Assembly (NCBI RefSeq): GCF_045310515.1
Contig: NZ_JBJHZX010000011.1
Location: 1 to 64,000, forward strand
DNA: 64,000 bases
Direction: 5' to 3'
DNA from: Candidatus Clostridium eludens
GTDB taxonomy: Bacteria > Bacillota > Clostridia > Clostridiales > Clostridiaceae
Each line of letters begins with the position of its first letter. Position 1 is the stretch's first letter. A program made the translations under genes and the position numbers. Below are positions 1 through 10,451 of the stretch, piece by piece. Under the pieces are notes generated by a model, which was not told the DNA's origin, ran no database searches, and was given only the letters and a program-made list of their open reading frames with translations.

Positions 1-175
1 CAGCGTCATTTAGGCGCTGGAAGTATTACGCCCTTATAGGGCTGAGCAAGCCACCTCTTTTAGGGGTGGTCATGACTATTTTTTTGTGTATCCTTCTCTG
101 TGTGTAATATTTAATGTGAATTATGATGAATTAAATGGTTGAAATGATTTTTGGCAATATCGGGTTAGGATATCC

Positions 176-349
176 TCATTCCATAAAGTTTAGTGGGCTT
201 TCAGTAGAATTTGATGAGTTAAATTTATAATAAGCAAAGATAAGCCTGTCCAGTTCTTGACTTACAGCCAATATTTCTTCATTAGTAAATTTGTCCGAAT
301 CTAACATAGAATTCAATTTATCTCTTACTTTTTCTAATATTTCCTTCAT
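176..349 (-). CDS. Spo0E-family sporulation regulatory aspartyl-phosphate phosphatase (57 aa; below ORF-track cutoff)
   Basis: Translation of the reverse strand gives MKEILEKVRDKLNSMLDSDKFTNEEILAVSQELDRLIFAYYKFNSSNSTESPLNFME. The SQELDxLI motif and the 50-60 aa size are typical of the Spo0E family. Confidence 0.6.
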   Translation of the reverse strand: MKEILEKVRDKLNSMLDSDKFTNEEILAVSQELDRLIFAYYKFNSSNSTESPLNFME

Positions 350-695
350 ACAATTTACATCCTTACCAATTTATTATTAATTTACAATAACCTAAACATT
401 ATATTATAAAAATACAAATTATTCAAAACTATATATAGAAAAAATACAAAAAATTTCCTATTGGGCAATGCATGAGAAGCTTAAAGCTCCCTCTGTCTAT
501 ATGGCTTTAATAAGTAAATTCGGAAAAGGAAAAATTGAATGGTTTTTAGAATCATGGCAAAAAGCATAAAAATATATTATTACATCAGGTAATAAATATT
601 GAAAAAATAAAATTTTCTTTCTTCTAAGAGAATTTTATGTTATAATATAAAAAATATTATTTTTTAATTATAAATATTAAGGAGGAATAATTATT

Positions 696-1070
696 ATGGA
701 AGTTAAACAAGTATACAAATGTGAAGTTTGTGGCAATATAGTTGAGGTTCTTCATAATGGAGGAGGCGCTTTAGCTTGTTGTGGGCAACCAATGAAGCTT
801 ATTGAAGAAAATACTGTAGATGCAGCTCTTGAAAAGCATATACCTATAATTGAAGAAATAGATGGAGGTGTAATAGTTAAAGTTGGATCAGTTGAACACC
901 CAATGCTCCCAGAACATTATATTCAATGGATTGAAGTTCATACTGAAGATAAAATTTATAGAAAGTATTTGAAACCAGGAGAAAAGCCAGAAGCTATCTT
1001 TAAATTCGATGAAAAAGTAATAATGGCAAGGGAATATTGTAACTTACATGGACTCTGGAAGAAACAATAA
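696..1070 (+). CDS. dfx: desulfoferrodoxin (superoxide reductase, class I, 2Fe-SOR)
   Basis: N-terminal desulforedoxin-like CEVCGN..CCG motif, then a C-terminal SOR domain (EKHIPII..HPM..HYIQWIE). RBS AAGGAGG 8 nt upstream. Confidence 0.9.
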   Translation: MEVKQVYKCEVCGNIVEVLHNGGGALACCGQPMKLIEENTVDAALEKHIPIIEEIDGGVIVKVGSVEHPMLPEHYIQWIEVHTEDKIYRKYLKPGEKPEAIFKFDEKVIMAREYCNLHGLWKKQ

Positions 1071-1145
1071 AAACTTAAATTTTTAAAAAATAAAGATTTA
1101 TTATCATAAATTATATATTTTTAACTACAAATAGGAGGTAATTTT

Positions 1146-1730
1146 ATGGCATCTTTGAGAGGTACAAAAACTGCTGAAAATTTAATGAAGGCCTTTGCTG
1201 GAGAATCTCAAGCAAGAAATAGATACACTTATTATTCATCTACCGCCAAGAAAGAGGGGTATGTTCAAATTTCTAACATATTTTTGGAAACTGCAGAAAA
1301 TGAGAAAGAACACGCCAAGAGGTTTTTTAAATTTTTAAATGAAGATTTAGAAGGAGAATCTATAGAAATAAATGCTTCTTACCCAGTTACTCTGGGAGAC
1401 ACTAAAACAGTTCTCAAAGTAGCTGCAAAAGGTGAGAATGAAGAATGGTCAAAACTCTATCCGGAGTTTGCCAATACAGCTGATAAGGAGGGTTTCTCTA
1501 AAATAGCTGAAGTTTTCAGGAACATAGCTGAAGTTGAAAAACATCATGAAGAAAGATATTTAGCGTTACTTAAAAATATAGAAGATAATACTGTATTTAA
1601 AAAACAAAAAGCACACAAATGGAAGTGCATTAACTGTGGATATATTTATGAAGGAGTATTTGCTCCTGAAATTTGTCCTTCCTGTGCACATTCTCAATCC
1701 TACTTTGAAATATTTGTAGAAAATTATTAA
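1146..1730 (+). CDS. rbr: rubrerythrin
   Basis: Ferritin-like diiron domain ([21 protein letters not shown]) plus a C-terminal rubredoxin-like CINCGY..CPSC domain. RBS AGGAGG. Confidence 0.9.
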   Translation: MASLRGTKTAENLMKAFAGESQARNRYTYYSSTAKKEGYVQISNIFLETAENEKEHAKRFFKFLNEDLEGESIEINASYPVTLGDTKTVLKVAAKGENEEWSKLYPEFANTADKEGFSKIAEVFRNIAEVEKHHEERYLALLKNIEDNTVFKKQKAHKWKCINCGYIYEGVFAPEICPSCAHSQSYFEIFVENY

Positions 1731-1754
1731 TACTTTTTTTCTCAAAAACAAAAC

Positions 1755-1815
1755 TGTATAGGATTTACTTTGACATTCCAAAGTTCACAAAGGTTAAAGT
1801 GAATCCTATAATAAA
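1755..1815. terminator. long imperfect inverted repeat downstream of rbr (putative terminator or regulatory hairpin)
   Basis: tataggatttactttgac...gttaaagtgaatcctata form inverted arms. Confidence 0.35.
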
Positions 1816-1902
1816 ATATAAATATTACATATTCAATGTAATACTAAACATTAACAGTTCACTTTTTTGGAGAGCTTAAAAACATCTAGAAAGGAGTATA
1901 AA

Positions 1903-2973
1903 ATGATATTTGAACAGTTAAATCCACATGCTTGTCGTACTTATCTTATTGGAAATAACAACCTGGCTGTCATGGTTGATCCAGTTATTGATCACTTTAA
2001 TGATTACCTACAAACTTTAAAATCAAGGGAGCTAAAATTAACTCACGTAATTGATACTCATACCCATGCTGATCATATTTCTGCATCCTCAGTTCTCAAG
2101 GATGCTACTGGCTGTGAGTATATAATGCATGTTAATGCGCCAGCAAAATGTGTAAGCATACATGTTAGTGATGGTGATATGTTAACTTTAAATGGTTTAG
2201 AATTTAAGTTTTTATATACTCCAGGTCATACCAAGGATTCTATTAGTATAGTCGTTGGAGATAAGTTTTTAACAGGAGATTTTTTATTTCTTGATGATGG
2301 AGGGGCGGGAAGAGATGATCTTCCAGGCGGAGATCCTGAAGAACATTGGGAAAGCTTAAATAAGCTAAGCTTATTACCTGATAGTATTATCATATATCCA
2401 GCTCACGAATATAGAAATCGTGTACCATCTTTCTTATCAAAACAAAGAAAAACCAATCCTCATTTGAAAAAATCAAATAAGGAAGAATTTATTGAATATA
2501 TTGAAGACTTAAAGTTAGGACCAGCCGATTGGATGAAGGATGTTCTAAAAGCCAACTATACTTGTGCTAAAGATCCCAATGCTGCATGGATACCTATAGA
2601 TGTTCCAGCCTGTGAAGTTAAAGGCACAATGGAAAAGGGTGTTAATGAAATTGATGTCAATTATATTGAAGTAGGAACATTAAAAAATATGATAGAAACT
2701 AACCTGAAAAATATTTTTCTTATTGATGTTCGAGAAAAATATGAGCTTTCTGATCAACTTGGCCATATTGAAGGCGTAATTAACATACCTATAGGAAGTC
2801 TTTCTCATAAACAAAAAGAATTACATCAGTATAAGGATAAAGATATGATTGTAATTTGTCGCTCAGGTGCACGGGCTACTACTGGAGGTCAAATTTTAAT
2901 GCAAGCAGGCTTTAAAAATGTTTATGTTCTTCAGGGAGGAATGCTAGCTTGGAAAACAATGCAGGGAGAGTGA
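1903..2973 (+). CDS. MBL-fold persulfide-dioxygenase-like hydrolase fused to a C-terminal rhodanese domain
   Basis: HxHxDH metal motif ([10 protein letters not shown]) of the ETHE1/MBL fold, and a C-terminal rhodanese active-site loop CRSGARA. The real start is probably ATG at 1903 (RBS AAAGGAG) rather than the TTG at 1867 used by the ORF track. Confidence 0.75.
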   Translation: MIFEQLNPHACRTYLIGNNNLAVMVDPVIDHFNDYLQTLKSRELKLTHVIDTHTHADHISASSVLKDATGCEYIMHVNAPAKCVSIHVSDGDMLTLNGLEFKFLYTPGHTKDSISIVVGDKFLTGDFLFLDDGGAGRDDLPGGDPEEHWESLNKLSLLPDSIIIYPAHEYRNRVPSFLSKQRKTNPHLKKSNKEEFIEYIEDLKLGPADWMKDVLKANYTCAKDPNAAWIPIDVPACEVKGTMEKGVNEIDVNYIEVGTLKNMIETNLKNIFLIDVREKYELSDQLGHIEGVINIPIGSLSHKQKELHQYKDKDMIVICRSGARATTGGQILMQAGFKNVYVLQGGMLAWKTMQGE

Positions 2974-3313
2974 TAAAAGCATTCTTCTCTCTGACATTGA
3001 CACTGCATTATAAGTCCCTTGAATTTTATTATAAAATCCTCCTATCTGATGAGACATACAATGAACATATTCTAACCTTGCATTATTGAAAGTAATTCAA
3101 GCTATAACATTAGTAAACATCATTTTTTCCCCTAGTCTCTAAATCATTACCATTTTTATATGCTCTCTTTAGATACTCCAAATAATTTTAAAGCATCAAT
3201 TGCTGGGACACCTATAATGGCTATGCATTAAATAAATGTTTTTAAAAAAAACTTGATATTTAACAATTATTATTGTATAATAATAATTGTTAAAAGATAA
3301 AGGAGATGATATT

Positions 3314-3493
3314 ATGTCAGATGATAAAACTAAGAAGAAACCTCAAGATTCTTCAAGAATCAGTTTAGAAGAACCCCATGAAATTATTTATTGGAAAGAT
3401 AAGTTTGGTTGTACAGAGGAAAAGTTAAGAATAGCAGTAGATGAAATGGGGAATTCTGCTAAAAAGGTAGAAGAATATTTAAAAAATCATTAG
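3314..3493 (+). CDS. DUF3606-family small protein
   Basis: IYWKDKFGCTEEKLRIAVDEMGNS is characteristic of DUF3606. RBS AAAGGAG 8 nt before ATG 3314. Putative promoter TTGATA-17-TATAAT at about 3253-3281. Confidence 0.55.
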   Translation: MSDDKTKKKPQDSSRISLEEPHEIIYWKDKFGCTEEKLRIAVDEMGNSAKKVEEYLKNH

Positions 3494-3630
3494 AGCCAAA
3501 AGAGCTTTATACAAGCTCTTTTGGTACACTAAAAGTGTAATTTCAAATTAACTTACAAAACAAGTTAATTTGAAATTACATACTTTCTTTAAATTGTTAT
3601 GTTAATTTATTTTATCGAGGAGTGATGTTT

Positions 3631-3771
3631 ATGAAATATACTATAGGTAATAAACCAGGTAAAGGCAGCTATAAATGTACTACATGTGGTGAAATAGTAG
3701 TTCTTGAAAAGGATACGGATTTTTTACATCGTTGTCCTAGATGTCATCGTATAGAATTTGAAAAAATTTAA
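3631..3771 (+). CDS. 46-aa zinc-ribbon mini-protein (CxxC..CxxC), absent from the ORF track
   Basis: MKYTIGNKPGKGSYKCTTCGEIVVLEKDTDFLHRCPRCHRIEFEKI. RBS GAGGAG upstream. Two CxxC pairs. Confidence 0.5.
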   Translation: MKYTIGNKPGKGSYKCTTCGEIVVLEKDTDFLHRCPRCHRIEFEKI

Positions 3772-3894
3772 ATCATTATTAGGTTATAAATAGGAAATAA
3801 GAAAATTAATCTTGTAAATATAGAAAAAATTACTTATATATTTATTTAAACCAATGGATTATATAATTGATTAAACATATTAAAATTTTAATCG

Positions 3895-4326
3895 AATTAG
3901 GGGAATTGCTGATTGCAGATGATTCCTCTAGTTATTGTTTTAACAGCAGTTTATGAACCTTAAAAGAGGAAATGCACCTTTTTCTTGTTGCTTATTATTG
4001 TTTCAAAAAATAATCACAATATTTCTTTAATTTTACCTTACTGTTATTCGATACATTTTTAGATGCTTCATGTACTTTTACTGAGGAAAAGGATAAGTTA
4101 TTAAATGAAGCTATTCAACTTGGTAATTGGGATACCAGAAGATAAACTCTAGGTTATTTTTGATAGATTTAAACAGATAGATAAATCCCTTTCCAGAAAT
4201 CGTGAAGGAAGTGGTCTAAGTTTATCTATTGCAAAAGTGCTTGTAGAACTACATGATAGAACCATATCTATAAAAAGTAAGATTGATAAGGGCAGTGAGT
4301 TTATAATAGATCTTCCTATTAAGTCA
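3895..4326 (+). pseudogene. remnant of a two-component system: response-regulator N-terminal fragment and frameshifted sensor-kinase HATPase_c fragment
   Basis: The ..ELLIADDSSS.. piece at about 3900-3960 is response-regulator-like. DTRR*/IPEDKL/IFDRFKQIDKSLSRNREGSGLSLSIAKVLVELHDRTISIKSKIDKGSEFIIDLPIK at about 4063-4326 carries the G2 box and C-terminus of a histidine kinase. Frames are broken and the intervening domains are missing. Confidence 0.6.
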
Positions 4327-4801
4327 TTTTTTGATTGTCTTTTATAGTGTTATTATATTTATAAATCTGTTATTTGTACCTATTATGACTATATATGTAA
4401 AAATAGTTTTCGACAATCCTAGCTTGACTATTTTGTATATTTATTAATATATCTGATACTTTTATTCCCATAGCTTCACTGATTTGAACAATTCTTTTCT
4501 CTGGTACTGATACCGATCCTGTACCAGAAATAGTATTTACTGATATTACTGGCAGGGCAATTTAATAACTTCTTTCGGTTCTTCTTTTATGCTTTTACAG
4601 TTATTTGAATAATCTTTTCATTAATATACAATAATAAGAATTATAAGAAAAATTAAAAATTTAGAAAGTATGTTATTATGCAGTCTAACATTGATACTTT
4701 CCAGCGGCAACTGAGATTCACTCCAGTACCATGAAATGTTTCACATTAATGAAATATAAAAATAATTATATAAATATTAATAATATTAGAAGGAATTTAT
4801 A

Positions 4802-5350
4802 ATGAAAAAATTTGTTTGTACAGTATGTGGTTACGTTCATGAAGGAGACACACCGCCTGAAAAATGTCCTGTTTGTGGTGTAACTGCAGATAAGTTTATA
4901 GAAAAGACAGAAACTGGAGCAATCAGTTGGGCGGATGAGCATGTAGTTGGGATTGCCAAAGATGCAGATCCAAAGGTAGTAGAAGGGATAAGAGCTAATT
5001 TTACAGGAGAATGTTCAGAGATTGGAATGTATTTAGCTATGAGCCGTCAGGCGGATAGGGAAGGATATCCTGAGGTGGCAGAAACATACAATCCAATAGC
5101 TTTTGAAGAAGCAGAGCATTCGGCTAAATTTGCGGAATTATTAGGAGAAGTGGTAGTGGCAGATACAAAGAAAAATTTACAAATGAGAGTAGAGGCAGAA
5201 GAAGGTGCCTGTAAGGGCAAAAAAGATTTGGCGACCCTTGCTAAAAAATTAAATTACGATGCAATTCACGATACAGTACATGAAATGTGTAAGGATGAAG
5301 CAAGACACGGAAGTGTATTTCAGGGACTGTTAAATAGATATTTTAAATAA
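4802..5350 (+). CDS. reverse rubrerythrin (N-terminal rubredoxin-like domain plus ferritin-like diiron domain)
   Basis: CTVCGY..CPVCG at the N-terminus, followed by E..EEAEH / E..DEARH diiron motifs. The domain order is reversed relative to rbr. GC is visibly higher than in the flanks. Confidence 0.85.
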   Translation: MKKFVCTVCGYVHEGDTPPEKCPVCGVTADKFIEKTETGAISWADEHVVGIAKDADPKVVEGIRANFTGECSEIGMYLAMSRQADREGYPEVAETYNPIAFEEAEHSAKFAELLGEVVVADTKKNLQMRVEAEEGACKGKKDLATLAKKLNYDAIHDTVHEMCKDEARHGSVFQGLLNRYFK

Positions 5351-5403
5351 AGACTAAATGGATTATAGGTTTTTGCTTCTATGGAAATTGTTTTAGAGTG
5401 ATG

Positions 5404-5440
5404 TACTAGTTTTATATAAGGTCATTATATAAAACTAGTA
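5404..5440. terminator. perfect 16-bp inverted repeat (TACTAGTTTTATATAA-ggtca-TTATATAAAACTAGTA) downstream of revRbr
   Basis: Seen directly in the sequence. Probably a bidirectional terminator or an operator. Confidence 0.45.
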
Positions 5441-5474
5441 TACTTAATTAATTTTATGATCCTTCCAATACCAT

Positions 5475-5698
5475 TTAGGAAATTAAATTTACTAACATAT
5501 CATCTTTATGAATGCATTTCCCAAGGGTTTTTGTCCAACATGTAAAGCATCCGCTGCAGTGTTTAATATTCTTATCTTTAAGATAGATTGTCTCAATTTT
5601 TGAGCCTGCTTTTTCTGTACCTTTAAGAAATGGTTTCAAAGAACTTCAGTATTTCCTTTTTCTCCTCTTGGCCTTCCATTTAAAGCCAAAATTTTCAT
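5475..5698 (-). pseudogene. truncated and frameshifted iron-sulfur flavoprotein / NADPH-dependent FMN reductase N-terminus
   Basis: Reverse-strand translation gives MKILALNGRPRGEKGNTEVL*, then after a +1 shift LKPFLKGTEKAGSKIETIYLKDKNIKHCSGCFTCWTKTLGKCIHKDDM. This is homologous to the N-terminus of the intact paralog at 35684-36265. Confidence 0.6.
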
Positions 5699-6000
5699 TT
5701 AACTTCCTTCCAAAGTTTACTTTTTTATAACTCTTTTAAGGACTTAATAGTTTCTTCACACCACTCTCGACTTTTCTTTCAAGTCTTGTTCTTTCTATAG
5801 GTGAAAGTAATGGGGTTGATATTTGGAATAATAAGGATTTTTATTTATTTTGTATAAAATAGTGCTATTATACTGGGATAATGGTAAATTTAAATAAAGG
5901 ATAATGGTGTTGTATATAAGAATAAAAAATAAGCACTAATTAAAGGGAGCATTAACAAATAAATTGAGTTTTAGAGGCACAGAAAGGAATTATAATAAGT

Positions 6001-6864
6001 ATGGAAGATGGTACAAGTATTTTTTCCGGGTTAGAAGACTTAGGATTTGTGGATATAGACAGTATTGAAGTATATAAAAAATATGAAGAAAAAAAGACAG
6101 TGAAAGAAGAACCAAAAATAACAGAAGATATGCTTTTGTATGATAAAGAAGTGACTTGTCCAGTATGTGAACACAAGTTTTTAGTTCGTACAGTGAAAAC
6201 AACTGGTTATAGAATGAAAAAGAAGGAAAGTGATCTTTATATAAAATATGACATTATAAATCCGTACTTTTATGATGTTTGGGTATGCAATATATGTGGA
6301 TACGCTTCTATGAAGACTGATTTTCATAAGTTAAGGGAATTTGAGATAGAAATCATACAGAAAAATATTACTCCAAAATGGCGAGGAAGAAAATATCCAG
6401 CGATATACGATATTAATATAGCAATAGAGAGATATAAGCTATCGTTACTTAATTATACAATCATTGGCTCGAAATCCAGTAAAAAGGCTATGAATTGTTT
6501 GAAAATTTCATGGTTATACAGAGAACTTGGAGACATAAACAACGAGGAACTATTCAGAAAACAAGCTCTTATAGGCCTTAAAGATGCTTATTTAAATGAG
6601 CAACTTCCTGTATATGGTATGGATAATTTCACAATCTTGTATTTAATAGGTGAATTAAATAGACGTTCAGGTAATTATGATGAAGCGTTAAGGTATCTAG
6701 GGGAGGTAATAGCTTCCAGAAGCGCACATAGGAAGATAAAAAATTTGGCAATAGACCAAAGAGATTTAATAAAAGAAACATTAGAGAATAATGAAGAGAA
6801 GAATAATGAAGATGTTGTGGAAAGTAAGAAAAAAGCAGGCTTATTTTCAAGATTTTTTAAATAA
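6001..6864 (+). CDS. DUF2225-family protein (zinc-ribbon N-terminus, TPR-like C-terminus)
   Basis: Two CxxC pairs (CPVCEH, CNICGY) and conserved Clostridial DUF2225 architecture. RBS AAAGGA. Confidence 0.6.
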   Translation: MEDGTSIFSGLEDLGFVDIDSIEVYKKYEEKKTVKEEPKITEDMLLYDKEVTCPVCEHKFLVRTVKTTGYRMKKKESDLYIKYDIINPYFYDVWVCNICGYASMKTDFHKLREFEIEIIQKNITPKWRGRKYPAIYDINIAIERYKLSLLNYTIIGSKSSKKAMNCLKISWLYRELGDINNEELFRKQALIGLKDAYLNEQLPVYGMDNFTILYLIGELNRRSGNYDEALRYLGEVIASRSAHRKIKNLAIDQRDLIKETLENNEEKNNEDVVESKKKAGLFSRFFK

Positions 6865-6954
6865 GGTTGAATTTAATAATTTAATTATAGGACTACATTA
6901 TTTATTTATAGAAAAATTATTTAAAAAACTTTTCATTGGAAAGGATAATATTTA

Positions 6955-8205
6955 GTGATTAATGTATGTGTAATAAGAAAAAGGTTATCTAATAATTTTC
7001 CAGCGCTTAAAGAAAAAAATTTCAGGTATTTCTGGATAGGACAATGTGTATCTTTAGTTGGAACTTGGATGCAGAGAACAGCCCAACAATGGTTAGTGTA
7101 TAGTCTTACAAAATCTTCATTATTGTTAGGAATTTTAGGGGTGGTACAATTTACTCCAATGCTTATATTCTCTCTTTTTGCAGGGGTATTTATAGATAGG
7201 TTTAATAAGAAAAGAGTTCTTATTGTCACCCAGAGCATTTTAATGTTGTTGGCTTTTATACTATCTTTTCTAGTATGGAGTGGCGAAGTACGATATTGGC
7301 ACATACTTGTTCTTGCAGGAATAATGGGTTTTGTAAATACCGTAGATATGCCTACAAGACAATCTTTTATACCAGAAATTGTGGAAAAGGGAAGTATGGT
7401 AAATGCTATTGGATTAAATTCTTCAGTAGTAAATGTGGCAAGAATATTAGGTCCGGCAGTGGCGGGATATGTAATGGTACAATTTGGCTCTGCCTTGTGT
7501 TTTTTCTTTAACGGAATAAGCTTTATGGCTGTAATTCTAGGCATTGTTTTAATTAAACCAACTCACTTATATATGAGGAAGCAAATTGGAAATGTTTTTT
7601 TAGGTGTAAGTGAGGGTATAAAATATATTAGATCAAATAATATAATTCTAGCCGCAATGTTATCTATGTTTGCAGTAGGAACTTTTTCAATGAACTCAGA
7701 TGTTATTATTCCTGCTTTTGCAAAGGTAGTGCTTCACCAAGAAGCATCAGGTTACAGCATTCTCTTATCTGTAATGGCAATAGGTTCTTTTGTAGGAGCT
7801 GTTACTGTTGCGACTAGAGCCAGAAAAGGTCCAAGTAAAAAGTTGCTTTATGGAAGTTCGATATTAGTATGCTTTTTTCAAATCGTTTTGCTATTTGCAC
7901 ATTCCTACGTAATATCGGTAGTACTGTTAGTAGTACTCGGCTTCTTTACAGTAGTTTTTATAACTTCGGTAAATTCAACAATTCAGTTAAATACAAGTAA
8001 TGATTACAGGGGAAGAGTAATGAGTGTTTATACTTTGGCTTTTAATGGAACCACACCTATTGGCAATCTTTATGCAGGGGACATTACAGAAAAATTTGGA
8101 CCTAATTTGGGTTTTTTTAGTTGCGGCTTTATAACCTTAGTTCTTGTAATGGTGGTAATTGGATTGTTCAAAGTTAGTGTGTTTTCTAATACTAAAAGTA
8201 AGTAG
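6955..8205 (+). CDS. MFS transporter (12 TM)
   Basis: Hydrophobicity pattern and MFS-type D-R-x-G-R-K-like loop (FIDRFNKKR). GTG start. Confidence 0.8.
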   Translation: MINVCVIRKRLSNNFPALKEKNFRYFWIGQCVSLVGTWMQRTAQQWLVYSLTKSSLLLGILGVVQFTPMLIFSLFAGVFIDRFNKKRVLIVTQSILMLLAFILSFLVWSGEVRYWHILVLAGIMGFVNTVDMPTRQSFIPEIVEKGSMVNAIGLNSSVVNVARILGPAVAGYVMVQFGSALCFFFNGISFMAVILGIVLIKPTHLYMRKQIGNVFLGVSEGIKYIRSNNIILAAMLSMFAVGTFSMNSDVIIPAFAKVVLHQEASGYSILLSVMAIGSFVGAVTVATRARKGPSKKLLYGSSILVCFFQIVLLFAHSYVISVVLLVVLGFFTVVFITSVNSTIQLNTSNDYRGRVMSVYTLAFNGTTPIGNLYAGDITEKFGPNLGFFSCGFITLVLVMVVIGLFKVSVFSNTKSK

Positions 8206-8360
8206 GGTTCAACAAAATATTTGCATTAATAGTAATCCGCTTATAGAAAATTTGAAAAAATTTGAATAATATGCTTGACTTAGAGTTAACTTTAAGTGGT
8301 AGAGTATAAATAGTTATATTTTTTTATAAACCTTATAAAAAAGAATAGGAGGACTTAAAG

Positions 8361-8840
8361 ATGCCAAAAAGTCTTATTGCATTTTTTTCATATTCGGGAA
8401 ACACAGAAGTTATTGCAAATACCATAAAAGAAAATGTTGGTGGTGAGCTTTTTAAAATAGAAACAATTGAATCTTATCCAACTAATTATAATGGAGTTGT
8501 GGATAAAGCTAGACAGGAACAAAATGCCCACTACAGGCCGGAACTAGCAGCAAAAGTCACTGATATGGATTCTTATGATATAATTTATATTGGTTATCCT
8601 AATTGGTGTAGTACAATACCAATGGCGGTCTTTACATTCTTGGAATCATATGATTTTTCTGGAAAAACGATTATACCATTCTGCACACATGGCGGAGGTG
8701 GCATGGGCAGAAGCGCATCAGATATCAAAAAACTTTGTCCGAATTCAAATGTCTTAGAAGGCGTAGCAATCAGCGGAAGTAGTGTTAATAAAGCAGGAAA
8801 AGATGTATCAGCATGGTTGAGTGAAATTGGTGTTATTTAA
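8361..8840 (+). CDS. flavodoxin-family protein
   Basis: FFSYSGNTE FMN-binding loop. RBS AGGAGG. Confidence 0.8.
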   Translation: MPKSLIAFFSYSGNTEVIANTIKENVGGELFKIETIESYPTNYNGVVDKARQEQNAHYRPELAAKVTDMDSYDIIYIGYPNWCSTIPMAVFTFLESYDFSGKTIIPFCTHGGGGMGRSASDIKKLCPNSNVLEGVAISGSSVNKAGKDVSAWLSEIGVI

Positions 8841-8862
8841 GAACGCTAAGTCAAACCTTAAA

Positions 8863-8994
8863 AGAACTTATCCAGACCCGTAGCACCTCTTATCCCCCCA
8901 CTTTGATAGAAAAGCAGAGAACCAAAATTTTTAATTTTGTGTGAATCGCTTTCACAGAGTGCGATGGGGGTTAGCAATGATAGCGATGGGATAA
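8863..8994 (+). repeat. copy A of a structured 3'-of-gene repeat family (core GAACTTATCCAGG.GC.TAGCA.TGCTTATC.CCC...TTAGCAATGGTAGCG....GGATAAA)
   Basis: Lies directly after the flavodoxin stop. Outer CTTATCC/GGATAAG complementarity. Carries a roughly 50-nt insertion relative to copies B to D. Confidence 0.7.
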
Positions 8995-9035
8995 ATTTAT
9001 TAAATCAATATTTTTTAAAACAGGAGTGATTAAAT

Positions 9036-10166
9036 ATGGAAAAATCAAAAGTTTATTTTACAGATTTTCGTACAAAACTTGGAGAGGGTCTGCCTACCAA
9101 GCTAAAAAGGCTGATTAAAGATGCGGGTATCGGACAAATCGACATGGATAATAAGTTTGTTGCTATCAAGATGCACTTTGGTGAACTTGGTAACTTAAGT
9201 TATCTTCGTCCAAATTATGCTAAAGCTGTAGCCGACATGGCGAAAGAGCTGGGCGGTAAACCTTTTCTGACAGACTGCAACACCCTATATCCTGGCAGCC
9301 GTAAGAATGCCCTTGAGCATCTAGAGTGTGCATGGGAAAATGGATTCACTCCACTTACAGTAGGATGCCCTGTTATTATTGGAGATGGATTAAAGGGGAC
9401 CGATGATATCACGGTACCTGTAATAGGTGGCGAATATATAAAAGAGGCTAAAATCGGCCATGCAATCATGGATGCCGATGTGTTTATCAGCTTAACTCAC
9501 TTCAAAGGTCATGAAATGACTGGTTTTGGTGGTGCCATTAAGAATATTGGAATGGGCTGCGGTTCCCGTGCTGGAAAAAAGGATCAGCATATTAATGGTA
9601 AACCTCATATCATAGAGGAGAAATGCCGAGGATGCCAAAGATGCCATCGTGAATGTGCTAATAATGGTCTGTTGTTTGACGATGTAAAAAAGAAAATGAC
9701 TATCAACACAGAAGATTGTGTTGGTTGCGGTCGCTGCCTAGGTGCATGTAATTTTGATGCAATTCAGTTTGCAAACTGGTCAGCCAGTGAAGAACTGAAC
9801 TGCCGTATGGCAGAATACACCAAGGCAGTAGTATATGGTCGTCCTTGCTTCCACATTTCTCTTGTGGTAGATGTTTCACCTAACTGTGACTGCCACAGCG
9901 AAAATGATGCTCCCATACTTCCTAATCTAGGTATGTTCGCTTCATTTGATCCTTTGGCATTGGATCAGGCATGTGTGGATGCCTGTATGAAGGCTGCCCC
10001 ACTGGCTAATAGTCAGCTGTCCGATAACATATCAGAACCCCATTTTGTTGATCATCATGATCACTTTACTAATTCCACACCGGAATCAGAGTGGCGTACT
10101 TGTCTTGACCATGCAGAAAAAATAGGAATCGGTAATCGTGAATATGAACTGATCATTGTTAAATAA
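9036..10166 (+). CDS. DUF362-domain protein with 4Fe-4S ferredoxin-type clusters
   Basis: CRGCQRCHREC and CVGCGRCLGAC motifs inside a DUF362 scaffold. GC is markedly higher than in neighbouring genes. Confidence 0.75.
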   Translation: MEKSKVYFTDFRTKLGEGLPTKLKRLIKDAGIGQIDMDNKFVAIKMHFGELGNLSYLRPNYAKAVADMAKELGGKPFLTDCNTLYPGSRKNALEHLECAWENGFTPLTVGCPVIIGDGLKGTDDITVPVIGGEYIKEAKIGHAIMDADVFISLTHFKGHEMTGFGGAIKNIGMGCGSRAGKKDQHINGKPHIIEEKCRGCQRCHRECANNGLLFDDVKKKMTINTEDCVGCGRCLGACNFDAIQFANWSASEELNCRMAEYTKAVVYGRPCFHISLVVDVSPNCDCHSENDAPILPNLGMFASFDPLALDQACVDACMKAAPLANSQLSDNISEPHFVDHHDHFTNSTPESEWRTCLDHAEKIGIGNREYELIIVK

Positions 10167-10324
10167 AATATGTACCTCCATTAGAAGATATGGATGAATA
10201 TATTTTATAAAAATTAATTTGTTATTGACAAGGTAATCAAAAAATTATATTATTAATTATAACTTAAATAGTATGTTTTAGTAGTTGTCCATTTAAAAGT
10301 TAACGCTTAAAATTTAATATGAAA

Positions 10325-10440
10325 TTTCTTATCAAGAGTAGTGGAGGGACTGGCCCTATGATGCTCGGCAACCTGAGTATGTTTATCAATATATTCAATG
10401 GTGCTAATTCCAGCAGATGAAATCTGAAAGATGAGAGACA
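10325..10440 (+). ncRNA. SAM-I (S-box) riboswitch aptamer
   Basis: TCTTATCAAGAGTAGTGGAGGGACTGGCCCTATGATGCTCGGCAACC...GGTGCTAATTCCAGCAGATGAAATCTGAAAGATGAGAGA matches the S-box consensus nearly position for position. Putative promoter TTGTCC-17-TAAAAT at 10285-10313. Confidence 0.9.
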
Positions 10441-10451
10441 AACGGAACACA

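Noticed and set aside
1-90. Possible 3' end of a structured RNA at the left window edge (ccacctcttttaggggtgg hairpin)
   Set aside because: Too little sequence is present and there is no match to an RNA family I can recall. The hairpin is separated from the T-run by 9 nt, so even a terminator call is weak.
4440-4560. Minus-strand fragment (..ISVNTISGTGSVSVPEKRIVQISEAMGIKVSDIL..)
   Set aside because: It is probably another gene remnant in the decayed 3.8-4.8 kb region, but it has no start and I could not assign a family. It is left unannotated.
6933-7544. 203-aa ORF on the minus strand inside the MFS transporter gene
   Set aside because: It is entirely antisense to a well-supported 12-TM MFS gene. 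It has no RBS and a low-complexity composition. It is a spurious shadow ORF.
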